64,000 nucleotides of DNA from Acidimicrobiales bacterium (GTDB lineage Bacteria; Actinomycetota; Acidimicrobiia; Acidimicrobiales; RAAP-2): the NCBI GenBank assembly GCA_049790955.1, contig JBAQZL010000097.1:13729-77728 (forward strand), in the 5' to 3' direction. Shown here piece by piece: positions 37,141 to 46,716 of this stretch (positions are counted from its first letter, which is position 1; each line of letters begins with the position of its first letter). The notes beneath the pieces were generated by a model. The model did no database searches. It saw only the letters and a list, made by a program, of their open reading frames with translations, and had not been told where the DNA came from. The position numbers and the translations under genes were made by a program.

Positions 37141-38432
37141 TACTCGACTCGGACGCGAACTCGAATCGGTGACGCGCCAAGTTCGAACTTTTCACGGAGA
37201 CTTCGTTCGACGTAGCGCATGTAAGTGGGTGATAAGCGCCCAGCGATGAAGAGGGTGAACGTCGGGGGCTCGCTGGCGCCTTGAACGGCGTAGCGAATCT
37301 TGCCGGTCGGCGAGGGCTGCTTAATCTGCAGGTCGCGAATCGCCCGGTTGAGTGCGCCGGTCGGAACGCGCTTGGCGTAGTCCAGCGCTGCCGTTGACAG
37401 GGCGGGCCAGAGTCGGTGCACACCTTTGCCCGATAAGGCGGTCATCTTCAGTACGGGCGCGTCGCCAAGGAAGGCCAGCTTGTCCCCCACGGTTGCCAGA
37501 ATGGCGTCGCGCTCGTCGGGCACGACGAGCTCCCATTTGTTGAGGATCACGATGGCCGGACAACCCGACGCTGAGATGCGCTCAGCCAGACGTTGATCTT
37601 GACCCGTCGCGCCTTCGGTGGCGTCAATCACCAGAATCGCGATGTCCGCGCGGTCGAGCGCGTCGAGGCTGCGCAGCACTGAATACGTCTCGAGCCCGGC
37701 TTCGGTGCGCGCTCGTTTCCGCATGCCGGCCGTGTCGATGAAGCGAATGAGACCGGCGCTCGTCTCGACGACGGTGTCGATGGCGTCGCGAGTGGTACCC
37801 GGCATGTCGTGCACCACGCTGCGCTCTTCGCCAATGAGCTGATTGAACAAGGTGGACTTTCCAACGTTCGGCCGACCCACGATGGCCACTCGCAGGGCGC
37901 CATCGTCCGCTTCGTCCAGGTCCGACTCGGGCGTCTGCTCGCCGAGGTCGTCAACGATGCGGTCCAGGAGATCGCCGGCGCCACGACCGTGCTGAGCGCT
38001 CACCATGAAAGGGTCACCGACTCCGAGCGAGAGAAACTCCCAACTGGACGCCTCGTGCTGTTGGTCATCCACTTTGTTCACGACGAGAAGAACGGGACGC
38101 TTTGAGAGTCGCACCCACCGAGCGGCCTTAGAGTCTTCCTCCACCGGACCGGTCGCCGCATCCACCACGAGCAATACGAGATCGGCACTCTTTAAGGCAG
38201 CTTCGGCCTGTTGAGAGACCTTGTCCTCGAGCGTGTCGCCCGCGGCGAGCCATCCCCCCGTATCGACGACGTCGAACGTCACGCCTCGCCACTCGACTTC
38301 CACGGCCTTGCGGTCGCGAGTGACGCCGCGTTGTTCTTCCACGACCGCCACCCGACGTCCCGCGAGGCGATTCACCAACGAGCTTTTGCCAACATTGGGC
38401 CGTCCAACTACGACGACTTGGGGATTCTTCAC
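37140..38432 (-). CDS. der: Ribosome-biogenesis GTPase Der (EngA), two G domains
   Basis: 430 aa with two P-loops (GRPNVGKSS and GRPNVGKST) and a KH-like C-terminus. The GTG start overlaps the upstream stop (GTGA). Confidence 0.93.
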   Translation of the reverse strand: MKNPQVVVVGRPNVGKSSLVNRLAGRRVAVVEEQRGVTRDRKAVEVEWRGVTFDVVDTGGWLAAGDTLEDKVSQQAEAALKSADLVLLVVDAATGPVEEDSKAARWVRLSKRPVLLVVNKVDDQQHEASSWEFLSLGVGDPFMVSAQHGRGAGDLLDRIVDDLGEQTPESDLDEADDGALRVAIVGRPNVGKSTLFNQLIGEERSVVHDMPGTTRDAIDTVVETSAGLIRFIDTAGMRKRARTEAGLETYSVLRSLDALDRADIAILVIDATEGATGQDQRLAERISASGCPAIVILNKWELVVPDERDAILATVGDKLAFLGDAPVLKMTALSGKGVHRLWPALSTAALDYAKRVPTGALNRAIRDLQIKQPSPTGKIRYAVQGASEPPTFTLFIAGRLSPTYMRYVERSLREKFELGASPIRVRVRVE

Positions 38433-39805
38433 GCTCGGCTCAGTCCTCGGGACCGTATGCGCTCCAGGGCAGAACGCAGATCGTGACCCGTTGTTGGTAC
38501 CGTCATGACCGACCGTGGCAGGTCATCCAGGGTCAGGCCGTCAAGAAATCGGCCCTCCGACAGACAGACGTCGGGCAGCAGGCAGAGAGTTGACCGGTCG
38601 ACGTCGTTCAACGCCGCGCGCAGGTCGAGACCGGTCATGAGCCCGGCGACTTTGATATTGCCGCCGAAGTACCGATTCTTCACGGCCTTGACGTTGACGT
38701 CGCTAAAGCCTTGCTCGTCGAAGAGTCGACGCAAGATCGGGGCCGCGTACTCACCGGTGAGGACGGTGACGTCGTCACCGGAGGCCTCGCGATCTTCGAG
38801 GGTTCTCGGTGCGCGGTATCCGATGGCCGGAGCTCCGTCCACGGACTGGAAGAAGCCCGAACCCAACTTGGCCATGGCCGTCCCCTCGCAAAAGCTTTCG
38901 GCAAAGGCGGCGACGAGCCCGACACCGTTTTCCGCTTCGTCGAGGCTTTCAAAGCTTTCCGTTCCGGGGGGATCAATTCCGGCGACGATGTAGAACTCGT
39001 CACTGGCGAAGACCTTGGCCCGACCGAAGAGTTCTCTTGTCAGGCGTTGAAAACGCTCCGCCATGGCAACGACGTAGCGAGCTTCACCGGGCTCGTGCGC
39101 TCGCATCGACTCCTCATTGGTGAAGTCGCTGATGCCCACGGGCACGAGGGCCACTGACGCTAACTCGGGGTAGAGCGACATGACGTCGTAGAGCGTGCGC
39201 TCCAGTTCGGCGCCGTCATTGACTCCGGGGCACACCACCACTTGCCCGTGAACTTCCACGCCAGCACGCAACAGCTCGCGGAGCCAGCGAAGACTCGTGG
39301 CGCCGCGAGGATTGCGCAGCATGTCCGCGCGAAGGTGTGGGTTCGTCGAGTGGATGGAGACGTACAGCGGTGAGAGTCCTTCTTCGAGGACGCGCTCGAG
39401 GTCGAACTCAGTAAAACGCGTCAAGGTCGTGTAGTTGCCGTACAGAAATGAAAGTCGGAAGTCGTCGTCTTTGACGTACAGCGAACGGCGCATTCCCTTG
39501 GGAAGCTGATAGATGAAGCAGAAAGTGCAATGGTTGTCGCACGTGCGAATTCGGTCGAAAATTGCGGAATCGATGCTGAGCCCGAGGGGTTGCCCCTCAT
39601 CTTTCGCGATGGTCACCTTGCGCGACAGGTCTTCGCCGTCTCGGCTGACCACGAGCGTCACCAGACTTCCGTCAATTAACTGTTGATATTCGATGATGTC
39701 GGTCGGAGCCACGCCATTGACGCTCACCAGCTCGTCGCCCACCGCGAGGTCGACACTCGAAGCCGGCGAACCCGCAGAGATAGAGGAAATTCGGGCTCCA
39801 GACAC
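38429..39805 (-). CDS. PDZ-domain / radical-SAM / DUF512 protein of unknown function
   Basis: 458 aa. An N-terminal PDZ-like segment (ISSISAGSPASSVDLAVGDELVSVNGV) is followed by CDNHCTFC (CxxxCxxC) and a long C-terminal region of the kind annotated DUF512. Confidence 0.75.
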   Translation of the reverse strand: MSGARISSISAGSPASSVDLAVGDELVSVNGVAPTDIIEYQQLIDGSLVTLVVSRDGEDLSRKVTIAKDEGQPLGLSIDSAIFDRIRTCDNHCTFCFIYQLPKGMRRSLYVKDDDFRLSFLYGNYTTLTRFTEFDLERVLEEGLSPLYVSIHSTNPHLRADMLRNPRGATSLRWLRELLRAGVEVHGQVVVCPGVNDGAELERTLYDVMSLYPELASVALVPVGISDFTNEESMRAHEPGEARYVVAMAERFQRLTRELFGRAKVFASDEFYIVAGIDPPGTESFESLDEAENGVGLVAAFAESFCEGTAMAKLGSGFFQSVDGAPAIGYRAPRTLEDREASGDDVTVLTGEYAAPILRRLFDEQGFSDVNVKAVKNRYFGGNIKVAGLMTGLDLRAALNDVDRSTLCLLPDVCLSEGRFLDGLTLDDLPRSVMTVPTTGHDLRSALERIRSRGLSRA

Positions 39806-39854
39806 CCATACAGCCTAGGCACTGTAAAGAAAAGGGGGTTACTAGGCTGGAGTT

Positions 39855-40883
39855 ATGACGGTTGACAAGGTTGTGCTCGCCGCTCCGCGGGGCTTTTGCG
39901 CCGGCGTCGAAAAGGCCATCAAAGCGCTCGACTGGATGACGCGCGTCTTCGAACCACCGGTCTACTGCTACCACGAGATCGTGCACAACCAGTTCGTCGT
40001 CGACCATTTCAAGTCCGTGGGGGTCGTTTTTATCGACGACGTGACGGTCGTGCCGTCGGGAGCGCCCATCATGCTGAGTGCGCACGGATCACCTCCCGAG
40101 GTCGTTGACGCCGCTCGGCGATCGGGGGGTACGGTGATTGACGCGGTCTGCCCTCTCGTCACCAAAGTCCACCACGAGCTGAAAGTCCGAGCCAACAAGG
40201 GCTACACGGTGCTCTACGTGGGTCACGAAGATCATGAAGAAGCGGTGGGAACCATGGCCGTCGCCCCCGATGCGGTCCACCTCGTCCAGTCGCGCGACGA
40301 TATCGACGCCCTCATCGATCACAAAGGTCCGGTTGCTCTCCTCAGCCAAACGACCCTGAGCCTTGACGAATGGCAGGATCTGCGCGAGTACGCCGAAGTC
40401 GTCTTTCCCGATATCTGGATGCCCAGTCGCAGCGACCTCTGTTTCGCCACTACCAACCGGCAAGCGGCGCTTCGCCAGATCGCTTCAAAGGCCGACGCCG
40501 TGATCGTGATCGGATCGGCGAACTCGTCCAATACGGTGGCGCTCACCCACGTAGCCGAAGCGGAAGGCTGTCCTCGTGTCTTGCGCGTGAATGGAGCCGA
40601 CGAACTACCCGACGATCTCTCCGGAATCGTCGCCGTGACCGCAGGGGCGTCTGCGCCCGAAGTTCTGGTCAACGAGGTGTTGGCGCACCTCACGCCCAAA
40701 GACGGCATCACCGTCTTCTCGGTGACCGTCGAAGACGAGTACTTCCCTCCCCCGCCTGAACTGCGCGAGATACTGAAGTCCCTGACCGCTTTGGTCGACG
40801 TCGTCTTCGCCACCCCCGTCGCAACGAACTTTGACGGGCAGGCCGACCGTGACTTCACCGCTGCCGAAGTGCTCTCAGCCTAA
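39855..40883 (+). CDS. ispH: 4-hydroxy-3-methylbut-2-enyl diphosphate reductase
   Basis: 342 aa: ...APRGFCAGVEKAI...YHEIVHN...SAHG.... Confidence 0.92.
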   Translation: MTVDKVVLAAPRGFCAGVEKAIKALDWMTRVFEPPVYCYHEIVHNQFVVDHFKSVGVVFIDDVTVVPSGAPIMLSAHGSPPEVVDAARRSGGTVIDAVCPLVTKVHHELKVRANKGYTVLYVGHEDHEEAVGTMAVAPDAVHLVQSRDDIDALIDHKGPVALLSQTTLSLDEWQDLREYAEVVFPDIWMPSRSDLCFATTNRQAALRQIASKADAVIVIGSANSSNTVALTHVAEAEGCPRVLRVNGADELPDDLSGIVAVTAGASAPEVLVNEVLAHLTPKDGITVFSVTVEDEYFPPPPELREILKSLTALVDVVFATPVATNFDGQADRDFTAAEVLSA

Positions 40884-40910
40884 GAGTGATCGCCGACTCC
40901 GAAAGTCCGA

Positions 40911-41573
40911 TTACGCGTTGACGAGTTTCCAGTGCCCTTCGGAGATGACTTCGACAGTACCGTCGACCACTTTGATGGCAGTCTGATCGTCGATCAAGTA
41001 CGAGGGATTCGGAATGGTGGCCGCCCATTTTTCCGCCTCGGCCATGCAGTTGCTCGGCATGGCTTCATGATCCAGGTGCGGAAAGATTGAGAAATCGACG
41101 ATGCCCAATGTCTCGTCGTCACCGGTGGGTGGCGACCAATTCATGAACTCCTTCCCGATCCTCGGGGTCATCGCCATGCTTCCGCCGCTCAGTCCGACGT
41201 ACACCTTGTCCTGAAGCGATGGAAACAAGTCCGCTAATCCAGACTCACGCAGCCAGTAGGACAGATAAACACCATCTCCCCCATTCACGAGCAGCACGTC
41301 CGTCTCTTTGACCAGGGGAATCCACTTCTCTTCACCCATGCTGGGCAGCGCGGTCAGTTCCAACACGCCCAAAGACTTCCAACCGAGTTCGCACATGGGG
41401 GTAGTTGCCGTTCCAGCAATGAACCGGTAGGAACTGGCTGGCCCACCGAGAACGTAGGTCGCCGTAGGAATGCACAGAGCGTTGCACTCGGCAATCGGCT
41501 TTCCCAAGAGGTCAATCAGCGCGCTTTGGATGCTGGGGTTCTTGATGCCAGCGGACGTGAGAAGAAGCTTCAT
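40911..41573 (-). CDS. Peptidase S51 (dipeptidase-E-like)
   Basis: ATG 41573 (MKLLLTSAGIKNP...) is preceded by GGAGG. The nucleophile context is GLSGGSMAM. A 100-nt sample counted by hand gives about 54 % G+C, against about 64 % in a sample from cmk/aroA. Confidence 0.75.
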   Translation of the reverse strand: MKLLLTSAGIKNPSIQSALIDLLGKPIAECNALCIPTATYVLGGPASSYRFIAGTATTPMCELGWKSLGVLELTALPSMGEEKWIPLVKETDVLLVNGGDGVYLSYWLRESGLADLFPSLQDKVYVGLSGGSMAMTPRIGKEFMNWSPPTGDDETLGIVDFSIFPHLDHEAMPSNCMAEAEKWAATIPNPSYLIDDQTAIKVVDGTVEVISEGHWKLVNA

Positions 41574-41747
41574 GTTGCCTCCGGGGGTACATCGACCCGA
41601 TCTTTGGATTCTCAGAAATCGAGAGGTGTAACGGTACATGCACGTTAACTTCGCCCGCAAGCGTTTCGAGGATCGCCTTCTCTTATTGGGAATCTGACCT
41701 AACCCTCCAATCGCGAACCGCGCAAAGGGCCCTTGTAGACTCTCTCA

Positions 41748-42293
41748 GTGACTTCGTTTCCCAGCATGGACGTCTCCACGCGCGAGCAGTGGATGGAGAT
41801 CGTCGATCGAACCATTGAGGCCCAACCTCGCGTCGCACGCCAGATCCTCGACATGGTGAGGGGTCTCTCCGCCATCAGCGATGGATTTTCCGTTGATCAG
41901 ATGCAGCATGCTCTGCAGACCGCGACGCGCGCCGAGCGCGATGGAGCCAACGAAGAGGTCATTGTGGCCTCACTTTTGCACGACGTCGGCAAGTTGATCT
42001 CGGTTCCGAACCACCCAAAAATTGCCGCGGAGATCCTGAAGCCGTACGTCCACTACGACGTCTACTGCATGGTCTCCTATCACCAGGACTTCCAAGGTCG
42101 CTACTACTACGAGCACCTCGGCATGGATCCGAACCTGCGCGATCAGCACCGTGGTCAACCGTGGTACGAACTGGCCGAGAAATTTGCCGACCAGTGGGAC
42201 CAAAAGGCGTTCGATCCGGACTATCCGGTTGAGACGTTGGAGCACTTTGAACCAATGGTGGTTCAGGTGTTTTCCCAAGCCCACTCGATTTAA
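41748..42293 (+). CDS. HD-domain metal-dependent protein (possibly PhnZ/MIOX-like oxygenase or phosphohydrolase)
   Basis: 181 aa: ...MQHALQTATRAERDGANEEVIVASLLHDVGK... carries the H...HD signature. GTG start. Function is uncertain. Confidence 0.65.
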   Translation: MTSFPSMDVSTREQWMEIVDRTIEAQPRVARQILDMVRGLSAISDGFSVDQMQHALQTATRAERDGANEEVIVASLLHDVGKLISVPNHPKIAAEILKPYVHYDVYCMVSYHQDFQGRYYYEHLGMDPNLRDQHRGQPWYELAEKFADQWDQKAFDPDYPVETLEHFEPMVVQVFSQAHSI

Positions 42294-42301
42294 GGAGATT
42301 G

Positions 42302-43102
42302 ATGTCGAACGAGGACCTCGAAAAGCGGCGCATCGCGCGACTACGCGACTTCGCCATCGCGCAGGCCCGCACTCGCTTTGACGCTGACTACCCCGACTTC
42401 GTCCCGGACGAGATTGTGGCGTCGATCTGCGCGTACGAAGAAGAGGGAAACATCGGCGACGTCTTGAAGAAGATGCCTGACTCCATCGACGGCAAGCCGT
42501 ACACCACCTTCGTGGTCGTTGACGGCGGCACCGACCAGACCGCGGAGATCGCTCGATCGTTTCCCGGCGTCAAGGTCTTCGAGTTCCCGGTGAATCTCGG
42601 CCACGGCGTCGCTCTACAGGTCACGTATCGCTACTGCGTCGAACACGACGTGAAGTATGTGGTCACACTCGACGCCGACGGACAGAACGATCCGCAAGAG
42701 ATCCCGAACCTCCTGGCTCCTCTCGTCGCGGACCAAGCCGACTTCGTGGTCGCGAGCCGGGTCCTCGGCGAGGACAAGACGTCCGACGTCGTGCGTAAGA
42801 CCGGCGTGCACTTCTTTTCCTTTGTCATGAATCGCATGACTGGAGCGAACCTGACCGACACCTCGACGGGATACCGGGCGCTGCGCGTAACGATGTTGGC
42901 CGACGTCGTGGACCGACTCACGCAAGAGCAGTACCAAACCGCGGAGCTCTTGATTACGTCACTAAAGCGTGGCTGGCGCGCGAGCGAGGTGCCGACGGTC
43001 TGGTACCCACGCGCCTCGGGCACGACCAAAAAGGGCAAGAACTGGCTCTTCGGTTTTCGCTACGCCCGCGTCGTCTTTGGCACCTGGTGGCGCGAGCGCT
43101 AG
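42302..43102 (+). CDS. Family-2 glycosyltransferase (polyprenol-phosphate sugar transferase-like)
   Basis: ATG 42302 follows AAGGAG (the track starts at TTG 42299). ...VVVDGGTDQT... and TLDADGQNDP (DxD) are present. The stop overlaps the plsC stop (CTAG). Confidence 0.8.
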   Translation: MSNEDLEKRRIARLRDFAIAQARTRFDADYPDFVPDEIVASICAYEEEGNIGDVLKKMPDSIDGKPYTTFVVVDGGTDQTAEIARSFPGVKVFEFPVNLGHGVALQVTYRYCVEHDVKYVVTLDADGQNDPQEIPNLLAPLVADQADFVVASRVLGEDKTSDVVRKTGVHFFSFVMNRMTGANLTDTSTGYRALRVTMLADVVDRLTQEQYQTAELLITSLKRGWRASEVPTVWYPRASGTTKKGKNWLFGFRYARVVFGTWWRER

Positions 43103-43767
43103 TTCTTTAGTCGCGCGCGAGCATCGGCGTAGACCGCTTCTAACTCTTGGCGAAGCTCCTCGGTCTTGTCGGTGATCTGAGACCTTGAGACGCGCCCGTC
43201 GCTAACGGGTGAATCAATGGGCTTTCCGACCACGATCTGAATTTTCGCAAACCTCGGCAATTTCGAGCCAACGGGCATCGCGCGTTCGCTGCCGGCAATT
43301 CCCACCGGCACGATCTTCGCTCCGGATCGCGCCGCGATAAAGACGACGCCGTCGTGCAGCGCCTCGACGGACGTGCCCGACCTGCGAGTGCCTTCCGGAA
43401 AGAGCACGAGCGCCTCTCCGCGTTTGAGTACCTCCTCGGCGAGACGCATCGACTCACGGTCGGCGCTGTTTCTATTGACGGGAAAGGCGCCCAGACGGAT
43501 CAACAGCGCGGCAAGGAAGGCCGGGTGGAACACGCCCTCTTTCGCCATGAAGAAGATCTTGCGCGGAGAGATGAAAAGGCTAAAAGCAAAGTCAACGTTG
43601 GAGCGGTGGATCGGCGCGATGATGACCGGGCCCGTTAAGGGGATGTTCTCGGCTCCGGTCACCGTCGGGCGAAACATGATCTTCGCCACGCCCCTCACGA
43701 CGCCCGCACAGATGCGGTACGTAAGGGTCTTGCGCGGGTTTAGGACGAGGTCCGGAGCTTCAGGCAT
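43099..43767 (-). CDS. plsC: 1-acyl-sn-glycerol-3-phosphate acyltransferase
   Basis: 222 aa with the HxxxxD motif (IHRSNVDF) and FPEGTR. Confidence 0.88.
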   Translation of the reverse strand: MPEAPDLVLNPRKTLTYRICAGVVRGVAKIMFRPTVTGAENIPLTGPVIIAPIHRSNVDFAFSLFISPRKIFFMAKEGVFHPAFLAALLIRLGAFPVNRNSADRESMRLAEEVLKRGEALVLFPEGTRRSGTSVEALHDGVVFIAARSGAKIVPVGIAGSERAMPVGSKLPRFAKIQIVVGKPIDSPVSDGRVSRSQITDKTEELRQELEAVYADARARLKN

Positions 43768-44369
43768 TGCGTAATCTCCTCGACGACGTCGTGCACGCTG
43801 CGCCCCGTCGTGTCTAGCACGAGAGCATCGTCCGCTTGTCGCAACGGCGACGCCTCTCGCGTGGTATCAGCGTCGTCGCGCCGGCTCACCGACGCTTCGC
43901 TTTCATCGTTGCGGCGTCTCGAGCGTTCTTCCAACGACGCCGTTAAATACACCTTGACCGTGGCGTTGGGAAAGACAACCGTCGTAATGTCGCGTCCCTC
44001 CACCACCGTTCCTACGGGCTGCGCGGCCGCAAAGTCGCGCTGTCGACGAACCATCTGGGCGCGTACCAATGGATTGGCCGCGACGACGGAGACCGCGTGG
44101 TTTACCTCGTCGCTGCGTAGCTCATCGTGGACGTCTCGTCCGTTGACGCTAACGCGCGGCAGAGTCACGATCGTGACGGCGCTCGCGATTGCTCCGACCG
44201 CCTCTTCGTCGAAGAGATCGACACCCACGCGCAACGCTTCGCCGGTTACCGCTCGGTACATAGCTCCGGTATCGAGAAACGACCATCCGAGGGTCGCCGC
44301 GAGTGCTCGCGCCACGCTTGACTTTCCCGATCCGGCTGGGCCGTCAATCGCGATGACTTGGCTGCTCAT
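43740..44369 (-). CDS. cmk: Cytidylate kinase
   Basis: ATG 44369 overlaps the aroA stop (ATGA). MSSQVIAIDGPAGSGKSSVARALA is the P-loop. The track ORF extends spuriously to 44456. Confidence 0.92.
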   Translation of the reverse strand: MSSQVIAIDGPAGSGKSSVARALAATLGWSFLDTGAMYRAVTGEALRVGVDLFDEEAVGAIASAVTIVTLPRVSVNGRDVHDELRSDEVNHAVSVVAANPLVRAQMVRRQRDFAAAQPVGTVVEGRDITTVVFPNATVKVYLTASLEERSRRRNDESEASVSRRDDADTTREASPLRQADDALVLDTTGRSVHDVVEEITQCLKLRTSS

Positions 44370-45649
44370 TGCAACAATGTTAGGTCGCGGAAAAAATTTG
44401 GATAGCTGGACGCAACAGTCGCGGCGCCCTCGATTGTTGCACCACTTCCCGCGCACCCCGCAACCGCGGCGGCCATCACCATTCGATGATCCAATCCTCC
44501 GTGAAAGTTGAAAGCGAGGAATCTCTCAGCGGTACCAAGTCCTTCAACGAAGAAGTCGTCGCCATCGGACCAGACGCGACACCCAATGCTCATCGCGAGA
44601 GCCATGGAACCGGCAAAGCGGTCGGACTCTTTGTGACGCAGTTCTCCCATGGAGCGAAAGGCGCTGACTCCGCGCGCAGCGCACGCGGCCACCGTCAAGA
44701 CCGGCACTTCGTCCACCGACGGTATGTCGTGGGCGTGGATCTCGGTACCGATCAACGACGAACTGCGCGAGCGCAGGACGTGAAAGGAATCGCGCTCGTC
44801 CAGGCGCACGTCGGCGCCCATGCGCTCGAGTACTCCGACGAAGCCAACGCGCTCAATGGAGGCTTCGACGCTCAGCACTTCCAGGGTCGCGTCGGGATGA
44901 ATGGCGCCGAGAACGGCAAAGAACGCCGCTTGGGATGGGTCACCGGGCACGTGCCAGTTATGACGCGTGGGCCGACCGGGCCGTAGGGTCACAACGCGGC
45001 CCTCGCCCACGTCGTCGCTGCGTACGTCGACCTTCGCGCTCTGCAACATGTCTTCGGTCGTTCTACGCGTGCGCACGTCCTCGCGCACTTGCGTGTCGCC
45101 GTTCGCCGTCAGCGCGGCCAAGAGAATGGCTGACTTCACCTGCGCGCTGGCGACGGGAACGCGGTAGTCAATCGCCTGCAACTTCAACGGACTCGTGATC
45201 GCGAGCGGTGCCGTCGAGGTGATGCCGTGTCCTTGGAGGTCGACACCCATGAGACCGAGGGGAATCGCTACGCGGTCCATGGGCCGACGCGAGAGCGAGG
45301 CGTCGCCCACCAACTGGTGACGTCCGGGTATTGAGGCAACGAGGCCGCAAAGCAGGCGCATCGAGGTGCCCGAATTACCACAGTCGAGCTCCTCCTCACT
45401 CGGACGCAGGCCGTCGTCGGGACCGGTGATGTACACAACTCCGTCGTCGTCTCGACGGCTCGCCCCGAGCAGTTCGACGATCGCGCTGGTGGCCGCGACG
45501 TCCTCGCCCGGCGACAGCCCGGTGATGGAGCTCTCGCCACTCGCGAGAGCGCTCAGCATGAGGGCCCGGTGCGACGTGCTCTTGTCGCCCGGAACGCGCA
45601 GCGAGCCTCGCAGCTGCGCGGCGTGAGAGACGCGTTCGACGTCGTTCAT
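44366..45649 (-). CDS. aroA: 3-phosphoshikimate 1-carboxyvinyltransferase (EPSP synthase)
   Basis: 427 aa: ...LRVPGDKSTSHRALMLSALA...; 4-nt overlap with the tyrA stop. Confidence 0.92.
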   Translation of the reverse strand: MNDVERVSHAAQLRGSLRVPGDKSTSHRALMLSALASGESSITGLSPGEDVAATSAIVELLGASRRDDDGVVYITGPDDGLRPSEEELDCGNSGTSMRLLCGLVASIPGRHQLVGDASLSRRPMDRVAIPLGLMGVDLQGHGITSTAPLAITSPLKLQAIDYRVPVASAQVKSAILLAALTANGDTQVREDVRTRRTTEDMLQSAKVDVRSDDVGEGRVVTLRPGRPTRHNWHVPGDPSQAAFFAVLGAIHPDATLEVLSVEASIERVGFVGVLERMGADVRLDERDSFHVLRSRSSSLIGTEIHAHDIPSVDEVPVLTVAACAARGVSAFRSMGELRHKESDRFAGSMALAMSIGCRVWSDGDDFFVEGLGTAERFLAFNFHGGLDHRMVMAAAVAGCAGSGATIEGAATVASSYPNFFRDLTLLQ

Positions 45650-46716
45650 TCGTGACCGACCTGAAACCCTCGCGCGGTGAGCGCGGCGCTAAACGTGTCG
45701 GCGAGGCGCGCATCGATCGCGAGCAGCAATGTTCCGCTCGAGCCTTCGATACCGTGAGCGATCTCAATGTCGTAAATGTTCACGAGCATCTCTGATGCCG
45801 CCATGGTGACCGCGGCCAGCACGCCGGGTTGGTCGCTCACGGCCACGCGCAGGTACGCGAGATTCTCCGAGTTGAGGGCTCGCCCGGGAAGTTGTCGCCG
45901 CGCGGAGGCCGCCTCCGCTAGGTCCCTGGCGATAGCGGCGTGGTCGTTTGAGTTGAGGGCTTCGCGCAGACTCTTCAAGCGATCTTCGAGCGCCGACAAC
46001 GACTGGCTGATCGCCTCGCGGTTCTCGAACAAAACGTCGGGCCAGATGCTCGGGTCACCCGCGGCAACTCTCGTCATGTCACGAAACCCTCCGGCGGCCA
46101 TTTGCAAGAGCACCGCGTCTTGTTCGGCGACACGGGTCGCCTCGTTCATGAGGGCGCCCGCGAGGAGGTGAGGGACGTGGCTCGCCACGGCCACGAGTCG
46201 ATCATGATCGTCGGCGTCGACGGCCACCACGTTCGCTCCCAGCTCGCGCAGAATTCCGTGCAGCGTCGTGTACGTCTCTGGCTTCGTGGCAGTTGTCGGT
46301 GTGAGGACCCAGGTGCATCCCTGAAACAGATCGGGGCGGGCGCCGGCGAGGCCGCGCAGTTCCGAGCCAGCCATCGGATGACCGGCCAGAAAGCGGGGGT
46401 CGCTCACTTCGCTGACGATGGCGCCCTTCACTCCGGCGACGTCGGTGACGATGAGACGCTCGTTCCGAGAGCCCTGAAGTATCTCGCTCGCAACCTTGGC
46501 CACGGCCCCGGCCGGCGTCGCGATCACGACCAGAGCCACCTCATCGTCGTACTCGCAGCCCACGACCACGTTGGCCGCGCGGGCCGCTTCTTCGACGGCG
46601 GGGTCATTGTCGACGCCAGTGACGGTCCACCCCGCGTCGCGTAACGCCAAGGCAATCGAGGACCCGATCAGCCCAAGTCCCACGAGGTGGGCGCGACGAC
46701 TATTCGGGAAGGTCAT
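45646..46716 (-). CDS. tyrA: Prephenate dehydrogenase with a C-terminal ACT domain
   Basis: 356 aa with the Rossmann motif LVGLGLIGSSIALAL and ...HPMAGSE.... Confidence 0.88.
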   Translation of the reverse strand: MTFPNSRRAHLVGLGLIGSSIALALRDAGWTVTGVDNDPAVEEAARAANVVVGCEYDDEVALVVIATPAGAVAKVASEILQGSRNERLIVTDVAGVKGAIVSEVSDPRFLAGHPMAGSELRGLAGARPDLFQGCTWVLTPTTATKPETYTTLHGILRELGANVVAVDADDHDRLVAVASHVPHLLAGALMNEATRVAEQDAVLLQMAAGGFRDMTRVAAGDPSIWPDVLFENREAISQSLSALEDRLKSLREALNSNDHAAIARDLAEAASARRQLPGRALNSENLAYLRVAVSDQPGVLAAVTMAASEMLVNIYDIEIAHGIEGSSGTLLLAIDARLADTFSAALTARGFQVGHE

